From Clostridia bacterium (GTDB lineage Bacteria; Bacillota; Clostridia; CAKSNL01; HGM11501), in NCBI GenBank assembly GCA_045123995.1, contig JBGVKY010000026.1, positions 7,428-71,427 on the forward strand: 64,000 nucleotides of DNA, given 5' to 3'. This document shows, one piece after another, positions 20,096 to 29,754 of the stretch. The notes below the pieces were generated by a model that did no database searches, was not told where the DNA came from, and saw only the letters and a program-made list of their open reading frames with translations. Position 1 is the stretch's first letter. The number at the start of each line of letters is the position of its first letter. The position numbers and the translations under genes are program-made.

Positions 20096-21467
20096 CACCA
20101 TGACTGCAAAAAAAGAAGAGTTTGTACCCATCAAAGAAGGGGAGGTAAGCATTTATGCCTGCGGCCCCACGGTATATAACTTCTTTCATATAGGAAACGC
20201 CAGAATGTTCGTGGTTTTCGACACGCTTCGCCGCTATTTCGAATATCTTGGATACAAGGTGAATTTTGTTCAGAACTTCACGGATATAGACGATAAAATG
20301 ATTAAAAAGGCAAATGAAGAAAATACAACCGTTAAGGATATTGCTGAAAAATATATAGGAGAATATTTTACCGATGCAAAGGGGCTTAACATCAAGGAGG
20401 CAACATGCCATCCTAAAGCAACGGAGAATATTGAAGCCATCATAGATATAATAACATCTCTCATCGATAAAGGCTATGCCTACGAGGTTGAGGGCGATGT
20501 TTATTTCGAAGTTGAAAAATGCAAAAACTACGGCAAGCTCATTCATCAGAGCTTAGAGGATTTAAAAAGCGGTGCAAGAATTGATATAGATGAAAGAAAG
20601 AAGTCTCCTCTTGACTTTGCACTCTGGAAAGCGGCAAAGCCCGGAGAACCTTTCTGGAAGAGCCCCTGGGGAGAAGGAAGACCCGGCTGGCATATTGAAT
20701 GCAGTGCCATGAGCACAAAGTATCTGGGTAAAACCATTGACATTCACGGTGGAGCCATTGACCTTATTTTCCCTCACCACACCAATGAAATAGCCCAGAG
20801 CGAATGTGCAAACGGATGTGAATTTGTCCGCTACTGGATGCATAATGCTTATATTAACGTTGACAACAGAAAGATGTCAAAGTCACTGAACAACTTCTTT
20901 ACAGTAAGAGATGTATCTGAAAAATACAGCTATAATGTAATTCGCCTTTTCCTTTTGAGTGCCCATTACAGGAGCCCCATGAATTTTTCAGATGCACTTA
21001 TGGCATCTTCCAAGAATGCACTTGAAAGAATTACAACCTGCGTATCCAATCTTGAATTTTTGGAAGAAAAAGCAGAAGAAAAGGGACTCTCTTCAGAATT
21101 TGCCGCTAAAATGGATTCATTCCGTGACGCCTTCAAAAAGGGAATGGATGATGACTTAAATACGGCCGATGCGATTGCAGCTATATTCGAGGCGGTAAAA
21201 GAAGCAAACTTAAATGCTGAAAATCTTTCTAAAGAAAGCATTATATACGCGAAAGATTTGATTTTAGAGCTTTGCACTGTTTTAGGTATAGTTGTTAAAG
21301 AAGAGAAAGAAAGCTTAGATGAAATGGTTGAAGCTCTCATTCAGGAAAGAACAGAAGCCAAGAAAAATAAAGACTTTGCGAAAGCTGATGAAATCAGAGA
21401 TAAATTAAAGGATATGGGCATCATCCTTGAAGACACCAGAGCGGGCGTAAAATGGAAAAAGATATAA
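20082..21467 (+). CDS. cysS: Cysteine--tRNA ligase
   Basis: CGPTVY, HIGN, GRPGWHIECSAM, KMSKS. Confidence 0.97.
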   Translation: MKVFNTMTAKKEEFVPIKEGEVSIYACGPTVYNFFHIGNARMFVVFDTLRRYFEYLGYKVNFVQNFTDIDDKMIKKANEENTTVKDIAEKYIGEYFTDAKGLNIKEATCHPKATENIEAIIDIITSLIDKGYAYEVEGDVYFEVEKCKNYGKLIHQSLEDLKSGARIDIDERKKSPLDFALWKAAKPGEPFWKSPWGEGRPGWHIECSAMSTKYLGKTIDIHGGAIDLIFPHHTNEIAQSECANGCEFVRYWMHNAYINVDNRKMSKSLNNFFTVRDVSEKYSYNVIRLFLLSAHYRSPMNFSDALMASSKNALERITTCVSNLEFLEEKAEEKGLSSEFAAKMDSFRDAFKKGMDDDLNTADAIAAIFEAVKEANLNAENLSKESIIYAKDLILELCTVLGIVVKEEKESLDEMVEALIQERTEAKKNKDFAKADEIRDKLKDMGIILEDTRAGVKWKKI

Positions 21468-21871
21468 TGAAGGACATATCTTTTGAAAGCCCTAAAAGCT
21501 ATTCGCCCCTGGCTCTGGCTTACATTGGAGACGCGGTTCATACTATGTATATAAGAAGCCGTATTTTGGAAACAGGGGACAAAAAAGTAAACGAGCTTCA
21601 CAAACTTTGCTCTTTTTTCGTTAAGGCTAACGCCCAGAGCCGGGTTATACTTAAACTTTTGAGTGAGCTTACGAAGGAAGAGGAAGCAGTTTACAAGCGA
21701 GGTCGTAATGCCAAAAGCTATACAGTACCGAAAAATGCTGATGTTACGGACTATCGTCACGCCACAGGCTTTGAAGCCTTGATTGGATATTTATACTTAA
21801 GTAAAGATGTAGAGAGGTTGGAATATCTTCTTGACCGCTCTTATGAAATTATAAAAACGGAGGAAAAATAA
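21452..21871 (+). CDS. mrnC: Mini-ribonuclease III
   Basis: [28 protein letters not shown]; follows cysS; start may be 21467. Confidence 0.93.
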   Translation: MEKDIMKDISFESPKSYSPLALAYIGDAVHTMYIRSRILETGDKKVNELHKLCSFFVKANAQSRVILKLLSELTKEEEAVYKRGRNAKSYTVPKNADVTDYRHATGFEALIGYLYLSKDVERLEYLLDRSYEIIKTEEK

Positions 21872-23109
21872 TGTTTACAGAAAGAGTATCAAAAATTGAC
21901 AAAGAGTTGGCTAATGCCATAGAAAATGAGGTTTCACGTCAGCAGAATAAGATAGAGCTTATTGCTTCTGAAAACTTTGTAACAAGAGAAGTAATGGAAG
22001 CTATGGGATCTCCTCTTACAAATAAGTATGCAGAGGGTTATCCCGGAAAACGTTATTACGGAGGCTGCGAGCATGTTGACGTTGTAGAAGAGCTGGCAAG
22101 AGAAAGAGCGAAAAAGCTCTTTGGTGCAGCTTTTGCAAACGTACAGCCACACAGCGGTGCTCAGGCTAATATGGCAGCTTTCTTTGCCCTTTTGGAGCCC
22201 GGCGACACTTATATGGGAATGAATCTTGCTCACGGTGGACATTTAAGCCATGGTTCTCCGGTAAATATGTCAGGTAAATATTTCAACGTTGTTCCTTACG
22301 GGGTTAACGAAGAAACCCAGATGATAGATTATGAGGAAGTAAGAAGAATCGCCCTTGAGGTAAAGCCTAAGATGATTTTGGCAGGAGCAAGTGCATACTC
22401 AAGAACCATTGATTTTAAGAAATTTTCCGAAATTGCAAAAGAAGTAGGCGCTTATTTCATGGTGGATATGGCTCATATAGCAGGACTTGTTGCGGCAGGG
22501 CTTCATCCAAATCCCTGCGAATATGCGGATGTTGTTACAACCACAACTCATAAAACATTAAGAGGTCCCAGAGGCGGTCTTATCCTTACAAATGATGAGG
22601 AACTTGCAAAGAAAATAGATAAGGCTATTTTCCCCGGAATACAGGGCGGTCCCTTGATGCACGTTATTGCCGGAAAAGCTATGTGCTTCTATGAGGCTTT
22701 AAGCGATGACTTCAAGGCTTATCAGACACAGGTGGTTAAAAATGCCAGAACTCTGGCAGAAAGCTTAGTAGAAGAAGGCTTTGACATTGTATCTGGCGGA
22801 ACAGACAATCACCTTATGTTGGTTGATGTAAGAAAGTTTAATTTAACAGGTAAGGAACTTGAAAGAAGACTGGATGATCTGGGTGTAACCTGCAATAAAA
22901 ATGCTATTCCATTTGATCCTGAGAAGCCTTTCGTAACAAGCGGTATCCGTCTTGGAAGTCCGGCGGTTACAACAAGAGGATTCAAGGAAGAGGATATGAA
23001 AGTTGTTGCTAAAATCGTAAAGATTGCAGCAGTGGGCGACGAATCTAAATATGATGAAGCAAAAGCTATGGTAAAAGCTCTTTGCGAAAAATATCCTCTT
23101 TACAACTAA
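21871..23109 (+). CDS. glyA: Serine hydroxymethyltransferase
   Basis: [30 protein letters not shown]. Confidence 0.97.
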   Translation: MFTERVSKIDKELANAIENEVSRQQNKIELIASENFVTREVMEAMGSPLTNKYAEGYPGKRYYGGCEHVDVVEELARERAKKLFGAAFANVQPHSGAQANMAAFFALLEPGDTYMGMNLAHGGHLSHGSPVNMSGKYFNVVPYGVNEETQMIDYEEVRRIALEVKPKMILAGASAYSRTIDFKKFSEIAKEVGAYFMVDMAHIAGLVAAGLHPNPCEYADVVTTTTHKTLRGPRGGLILTNDEELAKKIDKAIFPGIQGGPLMHVIAGKAMCFYEALSDDFKAYQTQVVKNARTLAESLVEEGFDIVSGGTDNHLMLVDVRKFNLTGKELERRLDDLGVTCNKNAIPFDPEKPFVTSGIRLGSPAVTTRGFKEEDMKVVAKIVKIAAVGDESKYDEAKAMVKALCEKYPLYN

Positions 23110-23145
23110 GCTTTTATAAATAAAATACAGAAAGGAGGGATTTTT

Positions 23146-24411
23146 GTGGTATCAAGTCCTCTGGCAGACAGAATAAGACCTTCGGAGATTTCTCAGGTAG
23201 TGGGACAAGAACATTTGCTGTCTGAAGGAAAGGCTCTCCGTAATATTTTAGAATCAGGCAATATTCCAAATATGATTTTTTACGGGCCGTCGGGAACAGG
23301 CAAAACAACTGTTGCCAATATAGCTGCTAAAAAGAGCAATAAAAGGCTCTACCGTCTTAATGCAACCACCGCAGGAGTGGGTGATATAAAAAATATAATA
23401 GGCGACTTGGACGGAATTTTGGGTATGGACGGAGTTTTGCTTTACTTAGACGAGATTCAGAACTTCAATAAAAAACAACAGCAGTCCTTACTTGAATTTA
23501 TTGAAAACGGAAAAATCACGCTTATAGCAAGCACCACAGAAAATCCCTACTTTTATATTTATAATGCGATACTTTCTAGATGTACTGTTTTCGAATTTAA
23601 GGATATAGCCCCAAAAGAAGTGGAAAAAGCCATAAAACGCGGGGCTGGAATTTTATCTGCGGACAGGGAGTTTGAAATTGAGGATGAAGCAGTAAGCCAT
23701 ATTGCCGCAGTTTCAGGAGGAGATGTGAGAAAGGCGTTAAATGCCTTGGAGGTGTGCCTCATAGCAACAAATCCGGATAAAGACGGAAAAATCAGGGTTA
23801 CCTTATCTGATGCGGAAGCCTGCTCTCAGAAAAAGGCTATGAGGTATGATAAGGATGGAGACAGTCACTACGACATTATAAGTGCTTTTCAGAAATCCAT
23901 AAGAGGCTCTGATCCGGATGCAGCCATGCATTATCTTGCAAGGCTGGTGGCGTCTGATGATTTGCAGATTATAGCACGCCGACTTTTGGTAATTGCGGCA
24001 GAAGATGTGGGACTTGCATATCCACAGGCTATACAGATTGTAAAAGCCTGTGTTGATTCAGCTTTTCAGCTGGGCTTTCCCGAAGCAAGAATTCCTTTGG
24101 CTGAAGCCACACTTCTTTTGGCAACCGCGCCTAAATCAAACAGTGCCATTTGTGCCATTGACGAAGCTCTTTATGACCTGGAAAAAGGAAAAACAGGGGA
24201 TATTCCCTCGCACCTTAAAGATTCTCACTATAAAGGTGCTGCAAAAATGGGTCACGGAACGGAATATAAATATCCTCATTCATACCCCAACCACTATGTA
24301 TCTCAGCAATATCTACCGGATGCAATAAAGTCAAGAATATATTATAATCCGGGAGATAATAAGTTTGAGCAGGCAATAAGTGAATATCTTAAAAAATTAA
24401 AAGATATGTAA
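23146..24411 (+). CDS. rarA: Replication-associated recombination protein A (MgsA/RarA)
   Basis: PLADRIRP, GPSGTGKT, STTENP, ISAFQKSIRGSDPDAA, PKSN. Confidence 0.93.
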   Translation: MVSSPLADRIRPSEISQVVGQEHLLSEGKALRNILESGNIPNMIFYGPSGTGKTTVANIAAKKSNKRLYRLNATTAGVGDIKNIIGDLDGILGMDGVLLYLDEIQNFNKKQQQSLLEFIENGKITLIASTTENPYFYIYNAILSRCTVFEFKDIAPKEVEKAIKRGAGILSADREFEIEDEAVSHIAAVSGGDVRKALNALEVCLIATNPDKDGKIRVTLSDAEACSQKKAMRYDKDGDSHYDIISAFQKSIRGSDPDAAMHYLARLVASDDLQIIARRLLVIAAEDVGLAYPQAIQIVKACVDSAFQLGFPEARIPLAEATLLLATAPKSNSAICAIDEALYDLEKGKTGDIPSHLKDSHYKGAAKMGHGTEYKYPHSYPNHYVSQQYLPDAIKSRIYYNPGDNKFEQAISEYLKKLKDM

Positions 24412-24514
24412 AACAAAAAGAGTTCCTTTTAGGAAACTCTTTCTGTTTGCGGCATTTCTGCCGCTTAAATTGGAGAAGGGAATAATGAAAAAGACTTGTG
24501 TGTTGCCACACAGT
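24411..24514 (-). ncRNA. Candidate ~100-nt small RNA
   Basis: On the minus strand: UGUGUG-GCAA-CACACA and GCGGCA-GAAA-UGCCGC hairpins (both GNRA loops only on this strand), a C/U-rich linker, a terminator, and TTGAAT-N18-TATTAT upstream. Confidence 0.6.
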
Positions 24515-24562
24515 TATTATAATACCCTTTCTTTTAAGTTTTATTCAATTTTTGAGGTGTTT

Positions 24563-26263
24563 ATGGTAAAAAATAAAAAAATAGGATTTTTAGAGGGTGC
24601 AATAATTATTGCAGTTGCCAATATTTTGGTAAAAATAATAGGTGCTCTATTTAAAATTCCCCTTGATAATTATGTGCTCCAGACAGACGGAATGGCACTT
24701 TATAACACTTCCTATACGATTTATAATCTGCTTTTTGTAATATCGACGGCAGGACTTCCTACGGCTATTTCAAAGCTCGTGGCTGAGTCTGATTCAAGAG
24801 GAGATTTTGACGGGTCAGATAAAATACTTAAAGTGTCTTTTATGCTTCTTTTATGTATAGGCACTTTAGGAAGTCTTGTTTTGGGTCTTGGAAGTAAATT
24901 CTTTTCTGCTCTTATCGGCTATCCTGATGCTTATCTTACCATGATAGTTATGAGCCCCAGCTTACTTTTTGTAGGCTGCATGAGTGCTTTCAGAGGATAT
25001 TTCCAGGGACATGGGAACATGCTTCCTACAGCCATAAGCGAAGTTATAGAGGCCATATGTAAACTGTTTTTGGGTCTTTCGTTGGCTTACATGCTTCTGC
25101 CTAAAGGAAAGGAATATGCATCTGCCGGTGCTATTTCAGGTGTTACAGCAGGCGGACTTATAGGTATGATTTTCCTTTTCCTTTATTATCTTAAGGATAG
25201 GAAAAAACATAAAAAATCTGAAAAGTCGAAGATGTCTAACACAAAGGTCATTAAAAACATTGTGAAAATTGCAGTTCCCATTACTCTTGGAGTATCTGTT
25301 TTTACCTTAACTTCTTTTATTGATACCGCAATGGTAACAAGGCAGATGAAAGGTTATATATATAATTCCCAGGAGGCAGAGGAATCTATCCTTGGAAATC
25401 TTACAACGGAAAAAGCAGAAATCTTTTTATCTATTGAAGAAAACATGGAAGAAAACGAAGAGGAATTAAAAGCTAAGACAACCGAAAGAAAAGCCGCTTT
25501 TATCTATGGCTATCTTGTAAGGGCGATTACCCTTTTCAATATGCCTGCGGTTATAATTTCTGCCATTGCCACAAGCGTTGTACCCGCTATAGCCTCGGCA
25601 AATGCGGAAAAGGATTTTAAAAAGAGCAGAGGGGTTACAAAATCTGCACTTTTAATAGCTATTGTTCTGGCTCTGCCCTGTGCACTTGGCATGAGCTTTC
25701 TGGCAAAACCTATTTTAGCCTTTGTATATTCAGGGGATAGTAGCTTTTCGGTTCTTCTTAATATAATGGGAATAGCCGTTGCTTTCCTTACACTGGTACA
25801 GATTGTAAATGCTCTTTTGCAGTCCTGGGGTAAGGTATGGGTACCTGTTACGAATATGCTTATCGGTGGAGCGGTTAAAATTTTAGTTAACCTTATTTTG
25901 GTTGGGAAGCCGGAAATAAATATTATGGGTGCGCCCATAGGGACACTTTTGTGTTATGTAACCGTTATGGTTCTTAATATAATTTCGCTGGTAAAGTACT
26001 CAAAGATAGAACTTTCGTTAAAGGACTATTTAGTAAAACCTGTATTATGCGCAGGGATAATGGGCATATTTACTTTTGGAATATATGATTCCTTGAATCC
26101 ATTTATGGATTTTCGTTTGGCAATGCTTTTGTCTGTGGGCGTTTCGGCTATTGTATATTTCGCTGCTATAATATTTACAAAGACCCTGAAAAAGGATGAA
26201 ATTATTTTACTTCCCAAAGGAGAAAAGATATTAGCTTTATTGGAAAGCCGAAAGCTTTTATAA
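24563..26263 (+). CDS. MOP-superfamily polysaccharide/lipid II flippase (YabM/SpoVB-like)
   Basis: KIIGALFKIP, STAGLPTAISKLV, RGYFQG; synteny with mazG-hup-yabO; ATG 24563 after GAGGTG. Confidence 0.88.
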   Translation: MVKNKKIGFLEGAIIIAVANILVKIIGALFKIPLDNYVLQTDGMALYNTSYTIYNLLFVISTAGLPTAISKLVAESDSRGDFDGSDKILKVSFMLLLCIGTLGSLVLGLGSKFFSALIGYPDAYLTMIVMSPSLLFVGCMSAFRGYFQGHGNMLPTAISEVIEAICKLFLGLSLAYMLLPKGKEYASAGAISGVTAGGLIGMIFLFLYYLKDRKKHKKSEKSKMSNTKVIKNIVKIAVPITLGVSVFTLTSFIDTAMVTRQMKGYIYNSQEAEESILGNLTTEKAEIFLSIEENMEENEEELKAKTTERKAAFIYGYLVRAITLFNMPAVIISAIATSVVPAIASANAEKDFKKSRGVTKSALLIAIVLALPCALGMSFLAKPILAFVYSGDSSFSVLLNIMGIAVAFLTLVQIVNALLQSWGKVWVPVTNMLIGGAVKILVNLILVGKPEINIMGAPIGTLLCYVTVMVLNIISLVKYSKIELSLKDYLVKPVLCAGIMGIFTFGIYDSLNPFMDFRLAMLLSVGVSAIVYFAAIIFTKTLKKDEIILLPKGEKILALLESRKLL

Positions 26264-26275
26264 AAGGAGAATATA

Positions 26276-27040
26276 ATGAAAAAGAACGTGTACGAATTTG
26301 TGGAACTTATGAAAAAACTGCGTGCACCGGGCGGATGTCCCTGGGATAGGGAGCAGACTCATGAATCCATAAAAATGAACTTGCTTGAAGAGGCTTATGA
26401 AACCTTTGATGCCATAGAAGAAGGTAACGATGAAAAGACTATGGACGAGCTTGGAGATGTGCTGATGCAGGTGGTTTTTCATGCCATAATGGCAGAGGAA
26501 GAGGGAAAATATGACCTTGATGATGTGGCAGGAAATGTCTATGAAAAGATGGTAAGGCGTCATCCCCATGTTTTTGGCGAAATAACACTTGACAAAAGCA
26601 GTGAAGTTCTGGTAAAATGGGAGAGTATAAAGAAAACTGAAAAGGGCTTTACATCCTATACTGACAGCCTTAAAGATGTGGTTAAATCACTTCCTGCATT
26701 AACAAGAGCGGAGAAAATTCAAAAGAGGGCTAAAAAGGCAGGATTCGACTGGGAAAAGGCAGAGGATATAATTCCGAAAATTAAAGAAGAACTTTCAGAG
26801 GTTGAGGCATCCTTAAATGGAGACGGAAATGTTAAAGAAGAAATCGGAGATTTACTTTTTTCTGTTGTGAATTTAGCCAGAAAGCTTTCTATAGACCCGG
26901 AAGAAGCTTTGATTGATTCTAATAAAAAGTTTATTTCCCGCTTCGAAAAAATGGAGTCTTTAGCTCCGGAAAACGAGGATTTTGCCTCACTTGGCATGGA
27001 AATAAAGGACGAACTTTGGGAAAAAGCGAAAAAAATATAA
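26276..27040 (+). CDS. mazG: Nucleoside triphosphate pyrophosphohydrolase MazG
   Basis: GCPWDREQT, EEAYE, ELGDVLMQVVFH, RRHPHVF, GFDW; no N-terminal methylase domain. Confidence 0.93.
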   Translation: MKKNVYEFVELMKKLRAPGGCPWDREQTHESIKMNLLEEAYETFDAIEEGNDEKTMDELGDVLMQVVFHAIMAEEEGKYDLDDVAGNVYEKMVRRHPHVFGEITLDKSSEVLVKWESIKKTEKGFTSYTDSLKDVVKSLPALTRAEKIQKRAKKAGFDWEKAEDIIPKIKEELSEVEASLNGDGNVKEEIGDLLFSVVNLARKLSIDPEEALIDSNKKFISRFEKMESLAPENEDFASLGMEIKDELWEKAKKI

Positions 27041-27066
27041 AAAAGCAGGAAAAAAACGTTAAAAAT

Positions 27067-27093
27067 AAAGGAATTTCGCCTTTGGCGGCGAAT
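27067..27093 (+). promoter_or_regulatory. sigH-type promoter of hup
   Basis: AAAGGAATT-N11-GGCGAAT matches the sigH consensus. Confidence 0.65.
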
Positions 27094-27128
27094 TACTTAT
27101 ATTAAAAATATTTAAGGAGGAAAAACAA

Positions 27129-27401
27129 ATGAACAAGACAGAACTTGTAATGGCAATGGTTGAAAAGACAGGACTTTCTAAGAAGGACACAGAGAAGGCA
27201 CTTGCAGCTTTCACAGACGTAGTAGCAGAAACACTTAAGAAGGGTGACAAGATTGCACTTGTTGGCTTTGGTACATTTGAGGCAAGAAAGCGCGCAGCTC
27301 GTGTAGGTAAGAATCCTCAGACAGGCGCAGAAGTTAAGATTCCTGCAACAACAGTTCCTGCTTTTAAGGCTGGTAAGGCTCTTAAAGACATCGTAAAATA
27401 A
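27129..27401 (+). CDS. hup: DNA-binding protein HU
   Basis: MNKTELV, GFGTF, GKNPQTG, PAFKAGKALK. Confidence 0.97.
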   Translation: MNKTELVMAMVEKTGLSKKDTEKALAAFTDVVAETLKKGDKIALVGFGTFEARKRAARVGKNPQTGAEVKIPATTVPAFKAGKALKDIVK

Positions 27402-27458
27402 GTTGTCATTAAAATCGTCTGCCCAAGGCAGACGATTTTTTTTGAGAAAGGAACTATT

Positions 27459-27698
27459 ATGAGACTTGATAAATATCTTAAAGTATCCAGAATTATAAAA
27501 AGAAGAACAGTAGGTAAGGAGGCCTGCGAGGGTAACAGAGTTACCTTGAATGGTAGAGTTGCAAAACCCGGTGCAGATGTTAAAGTCGGAGATATACTAG
27601 AAATTACTTTCGGCGAAAAGGTGGTTAAGGTCGAAATCCTTAATGTAGCTGAAACTGTAAGAAAAGAAAATGCGGCAGATATGTATAGGGTGCTTTGA
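27459..27698 (+). CDS. yabO: S4-domain RNA-binding protein YabO/RqcP
   Basis: MRLDKYLKVSRIIKRRT. Confidence 0.93.
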   Translation: MRLDKYLKVSRIIKRRTVGKEACEGNRVTLNGRVAKPGADVKVGDILEITFGEKVVKVEILNVAETVRKENAADMYRVL

Positions 27699-27766
27699 TT
27701 TCCTTTATATAACATTGACTAAAGTTATTAAAATATGATAAACTCTTTTTAGAAAGGAGCGTATCT

Positions 27767-29425
27767 ATGAAAAAACTACTTTGTATTATACTTTCATTTG
27801 TAATGGCGTTTGGAGTTATGAGTTCTATGGGAAAAGGAGCAGAGCTTTCCGGGACGGGAACAAAAGAAGACCCCTATTTAATTGAAGATGTAAATGACCT
27901 TTTTCTTTTAAGCCAGAATGTATATGATGGTGAAAGCTATAAGGGTAAATATTTTCTCCTTAAAGAGGATATTTCCTTAAATGAAACAGAAGATTTTAAT
28001 TTCTGGGGTATAAGAGCACCTCAGAATATATGGAAACCTATCGGTGGACCGAATTATGAATTTAGCGGTATTTTTGACGGTGGAGGCCATGAAATTTCAG
28101 GTATTTATGTTAATTATGAAAAAAACTTTGCAGGACTTTTCGGCTATGTTTATGATGGCGAAATTAGAAATTTGAAAATAACTAAAAGCTTTGTAAAGGG
28201 AAAAGACAATACTGGACTTCTTTCAGGCAGTCTGATAAATTCAAAAGTTTCAGGCGTTGAAGTATCGGGAATTGCATTGGGCGAAAACAATGTGGGTTCC
28301 CTTACAGGTAACTTATATAAAAGCTCTCTTTCTATGATAAAGAGTGATGCTGATATAGAGGGTAGCTATTATACCGGTGGAATAGCAGGTAAAACCTTTG
28401 ATTCCACAGTTGATTCAGTGGTTTTTAACGGCTATATAAAGGGAGAAAAGGCAGTCGGCGGAATCCTGGGAAACAGCGAAAAAACAGAAGTTAAGAATAC
28501 CTATGAAACTTCTTCTGTTATTGGAGATGAATTTGTCGGTGGAATTTCGGGGCATAATGATGAAGAAAGTAAAATTTTTGCATCCTATTCTCTCGGGGAT
28601 ATAAAAGGAGTTATGGCGGTTGGCGGAATTGCCGGCTTAAACTACGGAATTATCGAATCCTGCTATACAAAAAGTCGTGTAGAGGGCGAAGTGAGTGGTG
28701 CTGTTACAGGTATCAATTTTCCCCTTTCTGAGGAAGATTACAGAGAACAGGGCGAAATCATAAATGCATATTACGCCTCTGATAGGACGGAGAATGCGGT
28801 AGGCTACACCGAGGACACAGAGGAGCTTGATATAGTTGACTTAAAGGGTGCGAAATTAACTCAAAGCTATATTTCTTCTTTCATTTTCGAGGGTGAATAT
28901 ATTTCAGAAGAAGACAGATTGAAAAATCCACAGAATGTCTGGGTTTTCTCCGGAGAAAAAGGTCCCAAACTGTTTTTTGAAAATGAGCTTATATTTGAAA
29001 ACACGGAAGAAAGCCCGGGAGAACCCGGAGAAAAAATAGGGGAAATAGTATCTACGGATATAAGAGCATATATTAACGGAAGCGAAATTAAAGCCTATAA
29101 TATTGGAGGAAAAATGGCAATAGCCTTAAAGGATTTAAGGGAATTTGGTTTTACCGTATCGTTTGAAGATGAAAAACGAGAGGTCTGTGTAAGCTATGCC
29201 GGTGGAGAAATAAATTCTTCTTACGTTTACGAAGAGAACAATCTTCCCGTAGGAACGTATCTTAAAGATATACTGTCCACAGATATAAAGGCTTATATAA
29301 AAGGGAACGAGACGGAGTCTTTTAATGCAGACGGATATACACATGTATATTTCAGAAGTCTTTCTTCCTTTGGAGAAATTTCTTTTGATGAAAAAGAAAG
29401 ACGAGCGGAACTTTTAATTAAATAA
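27767..29425 (+). CDS. Secreted GLUG-repeat protein with a duplicated C-terminal module
   Basis: Signal peptide; GTGTKEDPYLI; repeated VGGIxG units; two STDI(R/K)AYI(N/K)G repeats at the C-terminus. Confidence 0.75.
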   Translation: MKKLLCIILSFVMAFGVMSSMGKGAELSGTGTKEDPYLIEDVNDLFLLSQNVYDGESYKGKYFLLKEDISLNETEDFNFWGIRAPQNIWKPIGGPNYEFSGIFDGGGHEISGIYVNYEKNFAGLFGYVYDGEIRNLKITKSFVKGKDNTGLLSGSLINSKVSGVEVSGIALGENNVGSLTGNLYKSSLSMIKSDADIEGSYYTGGIAGKTFDSTVDSVVFNGYIKGEKAVGGILGNSEKTEVKNTYETSSVIGDEFVGGISGHNDEESKIFASYSLGDIKGVMAVGGIAGLNYGIIESCYTKSRVEGEVSGAVTGINFPLSEEDYREQGEIINAYYASDRTENAVGYTEDTEELDIVDLKGAKLTQSYISSFIFEGEYISEEDRLKNPQNVWVFSGEKGPKLFFENELIFENTEESPGEPGEKIGEIVSTDIRAYINGSEIKAYNIGGKMAIALKDLREFGFTVSFEDEKREVCVSYAGGEINSSYVYEENNLPVGTYLKDILSTDIKAYIKGNETESFNADGYTHVYFRSLSSFGEISFDEKERRAELLIK

Positions 29426-29426
29426 T

Positions 29427-29617
29427 AAAAAGAACACCCGATTGGATGTTCTTTTTATGGCGGACTTAAGAGGGATTCGCTTTTCTGCGGAAAAGCCATC
29501 CGGTGGCTCTGACAGTCCACCGGACTGTCATTCACTACCACCGGTTCGAATCCTTCATCAAACTAAAAAAAGAACACCCGTCTGGATGTTCTTTTTTGGC
29601 GGACAGAGAGGGATTCG
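29427..29617 (-). repeat. tRNA-associated structured element with a ~52-bp imperfect direct repeat of the tRNA 3' end plus terminator
   Basis: 29427-29479 repeats 29567-29617; nested hairpins lie between the copies. Confidence 0.75.
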
Positions 29618-29688
29618 AACCCTCGAACGGGTATTAGCCGTTACACGATTTCCAGTCGTGCGCCTTAGACCAGCTCAGCCATCTGTCC
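29597..29688 (-). tRNA. tRNA-Ser (GGA)
   Basis: GGACAGATGGCTGAGCTGGTCTAAGGCGCACGACTGGAAATCGTG...GGGTTCGAATCCCTCTCTGTCCGCCA; long variable arm; encoded CCA; TTGACA-N17-TATAAT promoter at 29728-29700. Confidence 0.96.
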
Positions 29689-29754
29689 ACAACGAGATAA
29701 TTATAACTCATTAAAAGCTTTTTGTCAAGAGTTTTTTGAATAAAATACGGACAA

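Noticed and set aside
24470-24562. N-terminal extension of the YabM-like ORF, including ATG 24485 behind GGAGAAGGG
   Set aside because: Family similarity begins at MVKNKK (24563), which has its own GAGGTG RBS; the upstream RBS-like text is better explained as the complement of the candidate sRNA seed, though this is not excluded
27767-29479. GLUG gene as cargo of a tRNA-integrated genomic island
   Set aside because: The duplicated tRNA end lies only about 140 bp from the tRNA, so the gene is outside the repeat pair; no integrase
29442-29714. 90-aa plus-strand ORF in the track
   Set aside because: It is the antisense reading of tRNA-Ser and the adjacent structured repeat; no RBS
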